From an uncultured Bacilli bacterium (GTDB lineage Bacteria > Bacillota_I > Bacilli_A > RF39 > UBA660), in NCBI GenBank assembly GCA_934095845.1, contig CAKOKS010000001.1, forward strand, positions 89,060-153,059: a stretch of 64,000 nt of DNA, given 5' to 3'. The notes under the pieces are model-generated. The model was not told where the DNA came from and ran no database searches. It worked only from the letters and a program-made list of their open reading frames with translations. Both the position numbers and the translations under genes were made by a program. Positions 39,641-49,305 of the stretch are shown one piece after another. Positions within the stretch are counted from its first letter, which is position 1. Each line of letters begins with the position of its first letter.

Positions 39641-40663
39641 ATGAAAAGTATATTTGATTTAAAACTTGATGATTTAACTTTATATTTAGAAAGTCATGGA
39701 TATTCTAAATTTGTTTCTAAACAAATATATGACTGGATATATAAAAAACGTGTATTTGATTTTGATAAAATGAGTAACTTAAAACTTGATTTAAGAGAAT
39801 TATTGAAAAAAGATTTTGATATAAGCATGCTTACTTTAAAAAGAAAACAAACAAGTGATTTAACAAATAAATATTTATTTGAATTAGCTGATGGTAATTT
39901 AATTGAAAGTGTACTTATGAGACATGATTATGGAATAAGCGTATGTGTCTCAAGTCAAATTGGTTGTAATATGGGATGCTCTTTTTGTGAATCTGGAAGA
40001 CTAAAAAAAGTAAGAGATTTATTACCTGGAGAAATAGTAAGACAAATTCTTATGATTGAAGAAGATATTGGGATGCGTATTTCTAGTGTAGTTATAATGG
40101 GAATAGGAGAACCTTTTGATAATTATGATAATATAATGGATTTTATAAGAATAATTAATTCTCCATTTGGAATTGCTATTGGTGCAAGACATATAACAGT
40201 TTCAACCAGTGGACTTGTTCCAAAAATAATGAAATATGCGAATGAAGATTTACAAACAAATTTAGCAATAAGCTTACATGCACCTAATGATGAACTTAGA
40301 AATAAGATTATGAAAGTTAATAAAGCATATAACATAAGTGAATTAATTAATGCAATTAAGTATTATATTGAAAAAACTAATAGACGAGTTACTATAGAAT
40401 ATGTTATGCTTAATATGGTAAATGATAGTGAAGATAATGCAATGGAACTTGCAAATTTACTTCGAGGAATGAATGTTTATGTTAACTTAATTCCTTATAA
40501 TGAAACTAGTCATATTGAATATAAAAAATCAAGTAATGAACGAGTAATGAAATTCTATGATACATTAAAACGTTGTGGAATAAACGTTACAGTAAGACGT
40601 GAATTTGGTGGAAATATAGATGCTGCCTGTGGGCAACTAAGAGCAAATGAGGTGGAAAAATGA
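39641..40663 (+). CDS. rlmN: 23S rRNA (adenine2503-C2)-methyltransferase, radical SAM
   Basis: Radical SAM motif CNMGCSFC (CxxxCxxC) and RlmN-like N-terminus. Located in the conserved block with stp and prkC. Confidence 0.85.
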   Translation: MKSIFDLKLDDLTLYLESHGYSKFVSKQIYDWIYKKRVFDFDKMSNLKLDLRELLKKDFDISMLTLKRKQTSDLTNKYLFELADGNLIESVLMRHDYGISVCVSSQIGCNMGCSFCESGRLKKVRDLLPGEIVRQILMIEEDIGMRISSVVIMGIGEPFDNYDNIMDFIRIINSPFGIAIGARHITVSTSGLVPKIMKYANEDLQTNLAISLHAPNDELRNKIMKVNKAYNISELINAIKYYIEKTNRRVTIEYVMLNMVNDSEDNAMELANLLRGMNVYVNLIPYNETSHIEYKKSSNERVMKFYDTLKRCGINVTVRREFGGNIDAACGQLRANEVEK

Positions 40664-41409
40664 AATCATTTTATATTACTGATTCAGGAAGAGTTAGAAG
40701 TCATAATGAAGACTCAGTTACAATAGTAAAAAATTCTTCAAGTGAACACTTAATGATTGTGGCTGATGGTATGGGAGGACATCGTGCTGGTGAAATAGCA
40801 TCAAGTATGGCTGTTACTCAAATAGGTTCACGTTTCCAAGCTTTATCAACAATAGGAACTAAAATAGATGCTGTTAATTGGATAAGAGAAAATTTGAATG
40901 AAGTTAATGCTAGTATTTTAAAATATAGTGATGAACATCCTGAAGCAATGGGACTTGGAACTACATGCGTTATGGCTCTTTTGACTAAAGATTTCCTAAT
41001 GTTTGTTAATATTGGAGATTCAAGTGGATTTGTATTTAAAAATGGAAAATTGAAAAAAATCACGAATGACCATACTTTAGTTAACTTCTTAGTTGAAACT
41101 GGAGATTTATCTGAAAGAGAAGCAAAAAATCATCCAAAAAGAAATGTTCTTATGCGTGCATTAGGGGCAGCGGATACATGTGAATTTGATATTTTTGAGG
41201 TAGAAACTGATATTGATGCAATTATGCTTTCAAGTGATGGTTTAACAAATATGTTAACTCAAGATCAAATTGAAAAAGTTTTAAATGAAGAAAATATAAG
41301 TATAGAAGATAAACTAATTAAGTTAGTAAAAAAATGTAATGTTCGTGGTGGACAAGATAATATTTCAATTGCTTATTTAGTTAAAGATGATAGAATTGGG
41401 GATGTGTAG
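40660..41409 (+). CDS. stp: PP2C-family Ser/Thr phosphatase
   Basis: VADGMGGHRAGE and DGLTN motifs. Start overlaps the rlmN stop. Confidence 0.85.
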   Translation: MKSFYITDSGRVRSHNEDSVTIVKNSSSEHLMIVADGMGGHRAGEIASSMAVTQIGSRFQALSTIGTKIDAVNWIRENLNEVNASILKYSDEHPEAMGLGTTCVMALLTKDFLMFVNIGDSSGFVFKNGKLKKITNDHTLVNFLVETGDLSEREAKNHPKRNVLMRALGAADTCEFDIFEVETDIDAIMLSSDGLTNMLTQDQIEKVLNEENISIEDKLIKLVKKCNVRGGQDNISIAYLVKDDRIGDV

Positions 41410-41410
41410 T

Positions 41411-43180
41411 ATGATAATGAAAGGTCAAAAGATAAATGACCGTTACCAAATCATCAAAACTATTGGTGAAGGTGGAATGGCCAATGTTTATCTAGCATAT
41501 GATACCATCCTTGATAGAAATGTTGCTGTAAAAGTATTAAGAGGAGATTTAGCAACAGATGAAAAATTTGTTAGAAGATTTCAAAGAGAAGCTTTATCAG
41601 CATCAAGTTTATCCCATCCAAATATTGTTGAAGTATATGATGTAGGTGAAGATAATGGATCTTACTACATTGTAATGGAATATATTGATGGAAAACACTT
41701 AAAGCAACTTCTAAAAAAACGTGGAAGTTTAACATTAACTGAAGTAGTTGATATTATGCTTCAAGTAACTGATGGAATGAGTGCTGCTCATGATTCTTAT
41801 ATAATACATCGTGATATTAAACCACAAAACATAATGATATTAGAAAATGGTTTAATTAAAATAACTGATTTTGGTATAGCAATGGCACTTAATTCTACTC
41901 AACTTACTCAAACAAATTCAGTTATGGGAAGTGTTCATTATTTACCACCAGAACAAGCAAGTGGTAAAGGTGCTACTATTCAAAGTGATGTTTATTCTAT
42001 GGGAATTCTTATGTATGAACTTTTAACTGGAACTCTTCCATTTAAAGGTGATAACGCGGTAGAAATTGCTTTAAAACATATTAAAGAAAGTGTTCCATCA
42101 GTAAGAGAGATGTTACCAAATATTCCTCAATCTATTGAAAATATTATAATGAAGGCTACTGCTAAAAATGTTAAAAACCGTTACCAAGATGCAAAGGAAA
42201 TGCATGATGATTTAAAAACCGCTTTAGATGATTCAAGAATAAATGAACCAAAATATGTTTTTGAATATCCAGAGGATGATGCGGACATAATAAAGAAAAA
42301 GCCAGAAAAAAATATTGAACTTCCTGCTGAAGAAAAAGAAGTTAAGAAAAATAAAATAAATGAAGTGAATGTTGAAAAGAAAGAAGATGTCGAGATAAAA
42401 ACTAAAAAGATAACTGAAAAAGATTTAAGAAAAAGAGAAAATAAATTTTTACTAGTTCTTGCAATAATTTTTACAGGTTTAATTTTAATTGTAACTACTT
42501 TAGTATTCTTAATACCTAGAGTAACTAAAGTAAAAGATATTAAAGTTCCTGATGTTACAGGTATGAGTGTAAGTGAAGCTGAAGATAAATTAATTAAAGC
42601 AGGATTTACGATTTCTGAAGAACAAAAAAGTGAAGCTTCTTCAACTATTAAAGAAGGAAATGTAACAAAAACATATCCATCAAATGGTAGTACAAGAAAA
42701 AAAGGTGCTTCAGTAGTTATTTATGTATCAACTGGAGAAAATGCTTATACATTAGAAGACTTAACTGGTAAAAATTATGTTGAAGAAAAAGCTATTCTAG
42801 AAAAAATGTATAACTTATATGTTAAAGTAGAGAAAATGGAAGATAAAGGAAATCATAAGAGTGATGAAATATTAAAAACAGAACCTGCAGCTGGAGCTAA
42901 ATTGGTTGAAGGAGATACAATTATTCTTTATATTTCTGATATGTCAACAACTTATCCAGATTTCACTAAAGGAAGTTATTCTTTAAAACAAATAGAAGAA
43001 TGGTGTGAAAAATATGGAGTAAAATTAACTACTACATATGTTGCTACTGATGAATATCCAGCTGGTACTATTTTTGAACAAAGTCAAAAAGCTGATGATA
43101 ATGTTATGAATGGTCAATCACTAACAATAAAAATTTCTGAAGAAGTAAGTGATAATGGAGTAGAAGATCAAATAGACTAG
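41411..43180 (+). CDS. prkC: Ser/Thr protein kinase with PASTA domains
   Basis: GEGGMANVY, HRDIKPQNIM and DFGIA motifs. TM helix and C-terminal PASTA repeats. The start was chosen just after the stp stop. Confidence 0.85.
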   Translation: MIMKGQKINDRYQIIKTIGEGGMANVYLAYDTILDRNVAVKVLRGDLATDEKFVRRFQREALSASSLSHPNIVEVYDVGEDNGSYYIVMEYIDGKHLKQLLKKRGSLTLTEVVDIMLQVTDGMSAAHDSYIIHRDIKPQNIMILENGLIKITDFGIAMALNSTQLTQTNSVMGSVHYLPPEQASGKGATIQSDVYSMGILMYELLTGTLPFKGDNAVEIALKHIKESVPSVREMLPNIPQSIENIIMKATAKNVKNRYQDAKEMHDDLKTALDDSRINEPKYVFEYPEDDADIIKKKPEKNIELPAEEKEVKKNKINEVNVEKKEDVEIKTKKITEKDLRKRENKFLLVLAIIFTGLILIVTTLVFLIPRVTKVKDIKVPDVTGMSVSEAEDKLIKAGFTISEEQKSEASSTIKEGNVTKTYPSNGSTRKKGASVVIYVSTGENAYTLEDLTGKNYVEEKAILEKMYNLYVKVEKMEDKGNHKSDEILKTEPAAGAKLVEGDTIILYISDMSTTYPDFTKGSYSLKQIEEWCEKYGVKLTTTYVATDEYPAGTIFEQSQKADDNVMNGQSLTIKISEEVSDNGVEDQID

Positions 43181-43189
43181 GTAATAAAT

Positions 43190-44014
43190 ATGCAAGGTAT
43201 AATAGTTAGAATAATAAGTAATTTATATACAGTTAAAACTGAAGTTGATTTAAGATTATGCCGTAGTAGGGGTAAGTTTCGTAATATGGGACTTACTCCT
43301 TTAGTCGGTGATAAGGTTATAATTGATGAAAAAAATAATTACATTTTAAAAATAGAGGAAAGAAAAAATGAGTTATTAAGACCAAGAGTTGCTAATATTG
43401 ATACTTGTTTAATTGTAACTAGTTTAAAGCATCCTGATTTTTCATCTTTTCTATTAGATAAAATGATTGTTAATATTAGTTCTAATAATATAGAACCAAT
43501 AATAGTTTTTTCTAAATACGATTTATTAACAGATGAAGAAAAAAAGGAAATGGACTCTATAATTTATTATTATAAAAATGTTGGTTATAAAGTTATTATC
43601 AATACAGAATATGACAAAATTCTTCGATATTTAAAAGGCAAAGTTGTTGCTTTAACTGGTCAAACAGGTGCTGGTAAAAGTACTCTTTTAAATAAAATAT
43701 GTCCTGATTTAAACTTAAAAACTGATGATATAAGTGAAGCTTTAGGACGTGGTAAACATACAACAAGACATGTGGAATTATTTGATGTTGATGGTATATA
43801 TTTTGTAGATACTCCTGGTTTTTCTGCTTTAGATTTAAATGTTGAAGATAAAGAAAATATCAAATTTGCATTTAAAGAATTTAACAATGATGGTTGTAAA
43901 TTTAGAGATTGTAAGCATATAAATGAGAGTGGTTGTCAAGTTATTAAAGATGTAGAAGAAGAAAATATTTTAAGAAGTAGATATGAAAATTATAAAAAGA
44001 TGGTGGTAGAGTGA
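43190..44014 (+). CDS. rsgA: ribosome small-subunit-dependent GTPase A
   Basis: GQTGAGKSTLLN motif and a C-terminal zinc finger (CKFRDCKH...C). Confidence 0.85.
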   Translation: MQGIIVRIISNLYTVKTEVDLRLCRSRGKFRNMGLTPLVGDKVIIDEKNNYILKIEERKNELLRPRVANIDTCLIVTSLKHPDFSSFLLDKMIVNISSNNIEPIIVFSKYDLLTDEEKKEMDSIIYYYKNVGYKVIINTEYDKILRYLKGKVVALTGQTGAGKSTLLNKICPDLNLKTDDISEALGRGKHTTRHVELFDVDGIYFVDTPGFSALDLNVEDKENIKFAFKEFNNDGCKFRDCKHINESGCQVIKDVEEENILRSRYENYKKMVVE

Positions 44015-44634
44015 AAATAGCAGTTTCATTTTTAAAAAGTAATGTTGATTTAAAAAGTACTTTAAAGAAAATAGAAAATACTGATGCCGATTTTATTCAT
44101 GTAGATATAATGGATGGAATATTTGTTCCGGAAAAAACTAATGACGCATCATTTTTTTATAATAATTTAAAAGACATAAAAAAACCATTAGATATACATT
44201 TAATGGTAGAAAATCCTAAAGAATATATTGATGTATTAAAAAATTTGAATCCAGAATTTATAACTATTCATTCTGAAATTGAAAAAAGTGAATCTTTAAT
44301 AGATTTGATTCATTCTTATGGTATTAAAGCTGGACTTGCTATAAATCCAAATACTAGAGTGGGAAATATAACTTACCTAGATAAGCTTGATTATGTCCTT
44401 GTAATGGGTGTTAATCCTGGTTTAGGTGGGCAAAAGATGATTATGGATACAACATTAAAATTAGAGGTTTTAAGTAAATTAAGAATTGATCATAACTACA
44501 AGTATTTAATATCTTTTGATGGTGGAGTAAATTTAGAAACAAGGAATTTTTTAGATTATTCGGATATATTAGTAAGTGGATCATTTATATGTATGAGTGA
44601 TGATTATCAAGAAAAAATAAATTTGTTAAGATAA
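44011..44634 (+). CDS. rpe: ribulose-phosphate 3-epimerase
   Basis: HVDIMDG.FVP, DIHLMV and MGVNPGLGGQ motifs. Confidence 0.8.
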   Translation: MKIAVSFLKSNVDLKSTLKKIENTDADFIHVDIMDGIFVPEKTNDASFFYNNLKDIKKPLDIHLMVENPKEYIDVLKNLNPEFITIHSEIEKSESLIDLIHSYGIKAGLAINPNTRVGNITYLDKLDYVLVMGVNPGLGGQKMIMDTTLKLEVLSKLRIDHNYKYLISFDGGVNLETRNFLDYSDILVSGSFICMSDDYQEKINLLR

Positions 44635-44642
44635 CATAAAAT

Positions 44643-44668
44643 AAGTACCCAATTTTGGGTACTTATTT
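44643..44668. terminator. bidirectional terminator between rpe and DUF378 gene
   Basis: 8-bp stem aagtaccc / gggtactt flanked by A/T runs on both sides. Confidence 0.55.
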
Positions 44669-44868
44669 TAATCTTCATCTAAATGAGTGAATAAAATACC
44701 AACATTTATTAGTCCAGTTAAACCGACAAGGGAATAAATTATTCTTGAAACAACAGATCCTGCTCCAAATAATAAATCTACTAAATTAATATCTAGTAAC
44801 CCTACAAACCCCCAGTTAAGCGCACCAATAATGGTAACAACTAAACACACTTTTTGTAATGTATTCAT
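44668..44868 (-). CDS. DUF378-family small membrane protein
   Basis: 66-aa, two-TM protein with the ALNWG motif. Confidence 0.65.
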   Translation of the reverse strand: MNTLQKVCLVVTIIGALNWGFVGLLDINLVDLLFGAGSVVSRIIYSLVGLTGLINVGILFTHLDED

Positions 44869-44997
44869 GCCTTCACCTCATTTCTAATATTATTTTGTCT
44901 TAAATTTATAATTTTATACATTATAAATAAATTAATTTTTTATTTGTATTTTAGTTATTTAATTGCCCAAATAAACATAGTAATTAATTAAGAAAGG

Positions 44998-46167
44998 GTG
45001 ATTAAGATAAAAAAGGCAGTAGTTATAATATTAAGTGTATTTCTTCTAACTGGATGTATGAGTAATACTAAAGATATGATGAAATCATTTAAAGATTATA
45101 ATAGTAAAAAGAGTAGTTATGAATTAACTGGAGAGATGGTTATTGTTAGTAATGAAGATGAATTTACTTACAATATAAAAGTTGGAGTTGATAATAATAC
45201 TAATTATAAAGTTAGTTTAATTAATACAATAAATAATCATGAACAAGTTATATTAAAAAATTCTGAGGGGGTTTATGTTGTTACACCTAACTTAAATAAA
45301 AGTTTTAAATTTATGAGTGAATGGCCAAGTAATTCAAGTCAAGCTTATTTAATTGAATCTCTTGTAAATGATATAAATACTGATTCTAAGTCAACAATCA
45401 AGGAAACTAACAGTGGTTATGAAATTGAATCGTTAGTTAATTATCCTAATAATCAAAAACTTGAAAAAGAAACTATTATAACTGATAAAAAATTTAATAT
45501 AAAAGAAGTTGATGTAAAAAATAGTGAAGGTGCAACATTATTAAAAGTTAAAGTAAGTAATATAGATTACTCTCCAAAATTTGGAGGAGACTATTTTAAA
45601 TTAGATACTTTAGTTAAAGAAAATACAAATACAAAAAATGAAGAAAAAACTACAACAAAAGCAAAAGCAAAAGATAATAATGAAAATAAAACTGAAGAAT
45701 CTAATAATCAAGAAAATAAAACTACTGGTGAAACTACTGATAGTTGCATGAATAAATGTGAAACTCAAGAATGTAAGGATGAATGTAAACAAGATACTAC
45801 AACTACTTCTAATGTTTTAGATGATATTATTTATCCATTATATGTTCCAGAAGATACCTATCTTCATTCTAAAGATACAGTAAGTACAGATAATGGAAAT
45901 AGAGTTATATTAACATTTGCTGGAACAGATCCATTTATTCTAGTTGAAGAAAAATCAACAATGAATGAAGATATGGAAATTATTCCAGTTAATGGGGAAC
46001 CTTTATTAATAGGGAATACAATTGGTGCAATAGGAGATAATTCAGTTTATTGGACTAGCAATGGAGTTGATTTCTATTTAACAAGTAATACTCTTAATTC
46101 AAATGAAATGATGACAATTGCAGAAAGTATTACTAATGGAACATCCCTAGTTGCTAATACAAAATAG
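44998..46167 (+). CDS. lipoprotein with Cys-rich segment
   Basis: Lipobox LLTGC. Internal CMNKCETQECKDECK segment. GTG start is uncertain. Confidence 0.5.
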   Translation: MIKIKKAVVIILSVFLLTGCMSNTKDMMKSFKDYNSKKSSYELTGEMVIVSNEDEFTYNIKVGVDNNTNYKVSLINTINNHEQVILKNSEGVYVVTPNLNKSFKFMSEWPSNSSQAYLIESLVNDINTDSKSTIKETNSGYEIESLVNYPNNQKLEKETIITDKKFNIKEVDVKNSEGATLLKVKVSNIDYSPKFGGDYFKLDTLVKENTNTKNEEKTTTKAKAKDNNENKTEESNNQENKTTGETTDSCMNKCETQECKDECKQDTTTTSNVLDDIIYPLYVPEDTYLHSKDTVSTDNGNRVILTFAGTDPFILVEEKSTMNEDMEIIPVNGEPLLIGNTIGAIGDNSVYWTSNGVDFYLTSNTLNSNEMMTIAESITNGTSLVANTK

Positions 46168-46272
46168 AAATTTTTAAGAAAATGACTAATTATGGTCATT
46201 TTTTTTAATAGAATAAAAGTAATCGACTATTCTTTTCAATATATATATTATTGAAAGGAGAGTTAATTTTTT

Positions 46273-47106
46273 ATGTATAATCAAAATAAAATGCATTTAG
46301 TAAATAAAATATTTAACGATGAAACTATAAGAACTGTTTGGGATAAAGAAACAGAAAAATACTATATTAGTGTTGTAGATATAGTTCATATTTTATCGGG
46401 TAGTAATAATCCTAGAAACTATTGGAAAGTATTAAAACATAGACTAAAAAATGAAGGAAATGAGTCGGTTACAAATTGTAACCAACTGAAATTAAAAGCT
46501 CCTGATGGAAAGTATTACAATACTGATGTTGTTGATATTGAAGGAATGTTTAGAATTATAGAATCAATACCAAGTAAGAATGCCGAACCAATAAAACTTT
46601 GGTTAGCAAAATTAGGTAGTGAAAGAATAGATGAAGTGTTTGATCCATCACTTGCTATTCAAAGGTCAATAGATTTATATCGCACTAAAGGTTATGATGA
46701 AGTTTGGATAGCTAAAAGGATAAAATTTTTACAAGATAGGAAAGAACTTACAGACATTTGGAAAGAAAGTGGTTTAGAAAATAATTTAGATTATGCAATT
46801 TTAACAAATGAAATATATAAAACATGGTCAGGGTTTACTGCTAAAGAATATAAACAACACAAGGGTTTAAGAAAAGAATCTTTAAGAGATAATATGAGTG
46901 ACATTGAGCTAACTTTAGCTGATCTAGGAGAAATCGCTACTCGTGAAATTGCCAAAGAAAAACAACCATATGGTTTAGTAGAAAATCTTGAAATCGCTAA
47001 GCAGGGTGGAGATGTTGCCAGAAATGCAAGAATTGATTTAGAAAGTAAAATTGGAAAAAGTATAATTTCTAAAAATAATTCTTTAAATTATAAATATAAA
47101 AAATAA
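46273..47106 (+). CDS. Bro-N domain / DinD-like (DNA-damage-inducible protein D family) protein
   Basis: N-terminal Bro-N-like segment (IRTVWDKETEKYYISVVDIVHIL) and a C-terminal part resembling DinD (KGLRKESLRDNMSDIELTLADLGEIATREI). Confidence 0.5.
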   Translation: MYNQNKMHLVNKIFNDETIRTVWDKETEKYYISVVDIVHILSGSNNPRNYWKVLKHRLKNEGNESVTNCNQLKLKAPDGKYYNTDVVDIEGMFRIIESIPSKNAEPIKLWLAKLGSERIDEVFDPSLAIQRSIDLYRTKGYDEVWIAKRIKFLQDRKELTDIWKESGLENNLDYAILTNEIYKTWSGFTAKEYKQHKGLRKESLRDNMSDIELTLADLGEIATREIAKEKQPYGLVENLEIAKQGGDVARNARIDLESKIGKSIISKNNSLNYKYKK

Positions 47107-47187
47107 TAATTTATATAAATTAATAAAAAGTTATTGTATAAAAAAAATAGATTTAGTATAATAGAAAGCATTAAATGAGGTGGAAGT

Positions 47188-47361
47188 ATGAACGACAATA
47201 AAATAAAAGATATAAATGCTTTACTTACAGCTTTTGAATCAAGAAATGAATTACTTAATGAAGAAATCAAGCAAAATGAAGAAGCAATTAAAGAAATGAA
47301 AAAGGAACTTTCTCTCATACTGGAAGATGAAGAAGAACATAAACTAAAAATGGTAGGATAA
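47188..47361 (+). CDS. small coiled-coil protein (57 aa, not in ORF track)
   Basis: RBS GAGGTGG 6 nt upstream. Translation MNDNKIKDINALLTAFESRNELLNEEIKQNEEAIKEMKKELSLILEDEEEHKLKMVG. Followed by the hairpin atggta-ggataaa-taccat plus a T8 run. Confidence 0.45.
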   Translation: MNDNKIKDINALLTAFESRNELLNEEIKQNEEAIKEMKKELSLILEDEEEHKLKMVG

Positions 47362-47411
47362 ATACCATTTTTTTTAATATTATTTCCTATTATGTGTTAT
47401 AATGTTACTAG

Positions 47412-47948
47412 GTGGTTAAAATGAAAAAGGAAGTAAAAAAATTTGAAACAAAAGAAATTAAAAAATCTAAATATATGAATGATGATGTAAGTAAAATTAT
47501 AAGTTTCATTATAGTTTTAGTAATAGTTGGTTTATTTATTGGAGCATTGTTTTTTATAAATGGAAAATATGTTACAAAAGATGAATTTCAAGATAACAAA
47601 ACTACAGAAAGTGTTACAATTGATCAAAAATTAGTAACTTTAGATGGTATTTTTAAGGTTAGTAAAAGTGAATATTATGTACTTGCGTATAGCTTAAAAG
47701 ATACAAAAGTTGGTTCAACATTAACAAGTTTAAAAAATAGTTATTCTGGTGATATATATGTTGCTAATTTAGATGAAACAGTTAATAAAAATCATTATGA
47801 TACAACTAAAGAAGAAAAAGTAAATGTAAAAAATATTAAAGAATTAAACATAACAAAACCAACACTTATTAAAATTAAAGATAAAAAAATAATATCTTAT
47901 ACAACTGATATTGATGAGATGATTAATCTTCTTTCTAAAAAGGCTTAA
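47412..47948 (+). CDS. hypothetical membrane-anchored protein
   Basis: RBS AGGTGG. Single TM after a Lys-rich N-terminus. Confidence 0.5.
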   Translation: MVKMKKEVKKFETKEIKKSKYMNDDVSKIISFIIVLVIVGLFIGALFFINGKYVTKDEFQDNKTTESVTIDQKLVTLDGIFKVSKSEYYVLAYSLKDTKVGSTLTSLKNSYSGDIYVANLDETVNKNHYDTTKEEKVNVKNIKELNITKPTLIKIKDKKIISYTTDIDEMINLLSKKA

Positions 47949-47972
47949 TTAAGTCTTTTTTTAGGAGGGTTT

Positions 47973-49163
47973 ATGAATAAGATACGAAAAATATTTAAAA
48001 TAAAAAACAAAAATACAACTTATACTTTTAAAGAACTATTAATAGTTACTATTTTTGTTACTTTAATTGTTAGTACTATAACCGGAATTGTAGTTTATAA
48101 AGTTATATCTAGTAATGAACTTATAAAGTTAGAGTCATCTTACAATAAAATTAAAAATGAATACTATAGTGATATTAATAAAGAAGAATTAGAAAATGCA
48201 GCTATTGATGGAATGATGAAATATCTAAATGAAAAATATTCTTTATTTATGGATCAAGAAGAAACATCTTCTTTAAATGATAAATTAGAAGGTAATTATG
48301 ATGGTATAGGTATTGAGATTGGTATTAAAGATAAAAAAATAATGGTTTTAAATGTTTATGAAAATACTCCTGCAAGTGTAGCTGGTTTAAAAGTAAATGA
48401 TGAACTTGTTAAAGTAGAAGATTTAACAATTAACGAATCTACAACATTAAAAGATGTTACAAGTTTAATAAAGGATAAAAGATCTGTTAAATTATCTATT
48501 AAAAGAGATAATGAAGTAAAAGAATTTAGTATTGATATTAAAAAAATTGATAAACCAGTTGTTACAGAAAAAATATTTGAAAGAAACAATAAAAAAGTAG
48601 GTTATATTTATCTTTCTACTTTTAGTGAAAATGCTGGAACTCAAGTAAAAGAGGCATTAAAAAAATTAGATGAGGAAAATATTGATAGTTTGATATTTGA
48701 TGTAAGAAGTAATACCGGTGGTTATTTAACAAGTGTAACTGAAATTTTAAATATGTTCTTAAAAAAAGGACATTTAATGTATTCATTAGAAGAAAAAGAT
48801 AAAAAGAAAATGTATTATGATACAACTAAAGAAGAATATGATAAAGATATAGTTGTTTTAATAGATAGAAAAACAGCATCAGCATCTGAAATACTTGCAT
48901 CTTCTTTAAAAGAAAGTTATGGAGCAACTATTGTAGGAACAACTTCTTATGGTAAGGGAAAAGTTCAAAGTACTTATAAATTATCAAAAGATACAATGCT
49001 AAAATATACGACTGCTAAATGGTATACACCTAATGGAAATTCAATTGATGAAGTAGGAATCACTCCTGGAATATATGTTACTTTGGGTAAAGAATATGTT
49101 TTAAATCCATGTGATGAAACTGATTCTCAACTACAAAAAGCAGTAGATTTATTGACACAATAA
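47973..49163 (+). CDS. S41 carboxyl-terminal processing protease (CtpA/CtpB-like) with PDZ domain
   Basis: PDZ domain (TPASVAGLKVNDELVKV). S41 motifs RSNTGGYL, TASASE and GKGKVQ. Immediately upstream of spo0A. Confidence 0.8.
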   Translation: MNKIRKIFKIKNKNTTYTFKELLIVTIFVTLIVSTITGIVVYKVISSNELIKLESSYNKIKNEYYSDINKEELENAAIDGMMKYLNEKYSLFMDQEETSSLNDKLEGNYDGIGIEIGIKDKKIMVLNVYENTPASVAGLKVNDELVKVEDLTINESTTLKDVTSLIKDKRSVKLSIKRDNEVKEFSIDIKKIDKPVVTEKIFERNNKKVGYIYLSTFSENAGTQVKEALKKLDEENIDSLIFDVRSNTGGYLTSVTEILNMFLKKGHLMYSLEEKDKKKMYYDTTKEEYDKDIVVLIDRKTASASEILASSLKESYGATIVGTTSYGKGKVQSTYKLSKDTMLKYTTAKWYTPNGNSIDEVGITPGIYVTLGKEYVLNPCDETDSQLQKAVDLLTQ

Positions 49164-49189
49164 TGTAAAATGTGTCATTTTTTTTGCTT

Positions 49190-49230
49190 TTCGACATTAC
49201 TCGACAATACTTGACGTAAATTGACATATT
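49190..49230 (+). promoter_or_regulatory. tandem Spo0A-box-like repeats upstream of spo0A
   Basis: TTCGACA at 49190 is the exact complement of the 0A box TGTCGAA. It is followed by CTCGACA at 49200, TTGACGT at 49211 and TTGACAT at 49221, at roughly 10-bp phasing. Confidence 0.45.
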
Positions 49231-49305
49231 TTACTCTTTATCTTTACATTTATTTATAATATAATGTTTTTAGCAGTTGAATAATTATTAGAAAAAGGAG
49301 ATATT

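Noticed and set aside
47088-47318. 76-aa minus-strand ORF in the track.
   Set aside because: The plus-strand 57-aa ORF at 47188-47361 has a strong RBS and is followed by a clean rho-independent terminator. The minus ORF has neither.
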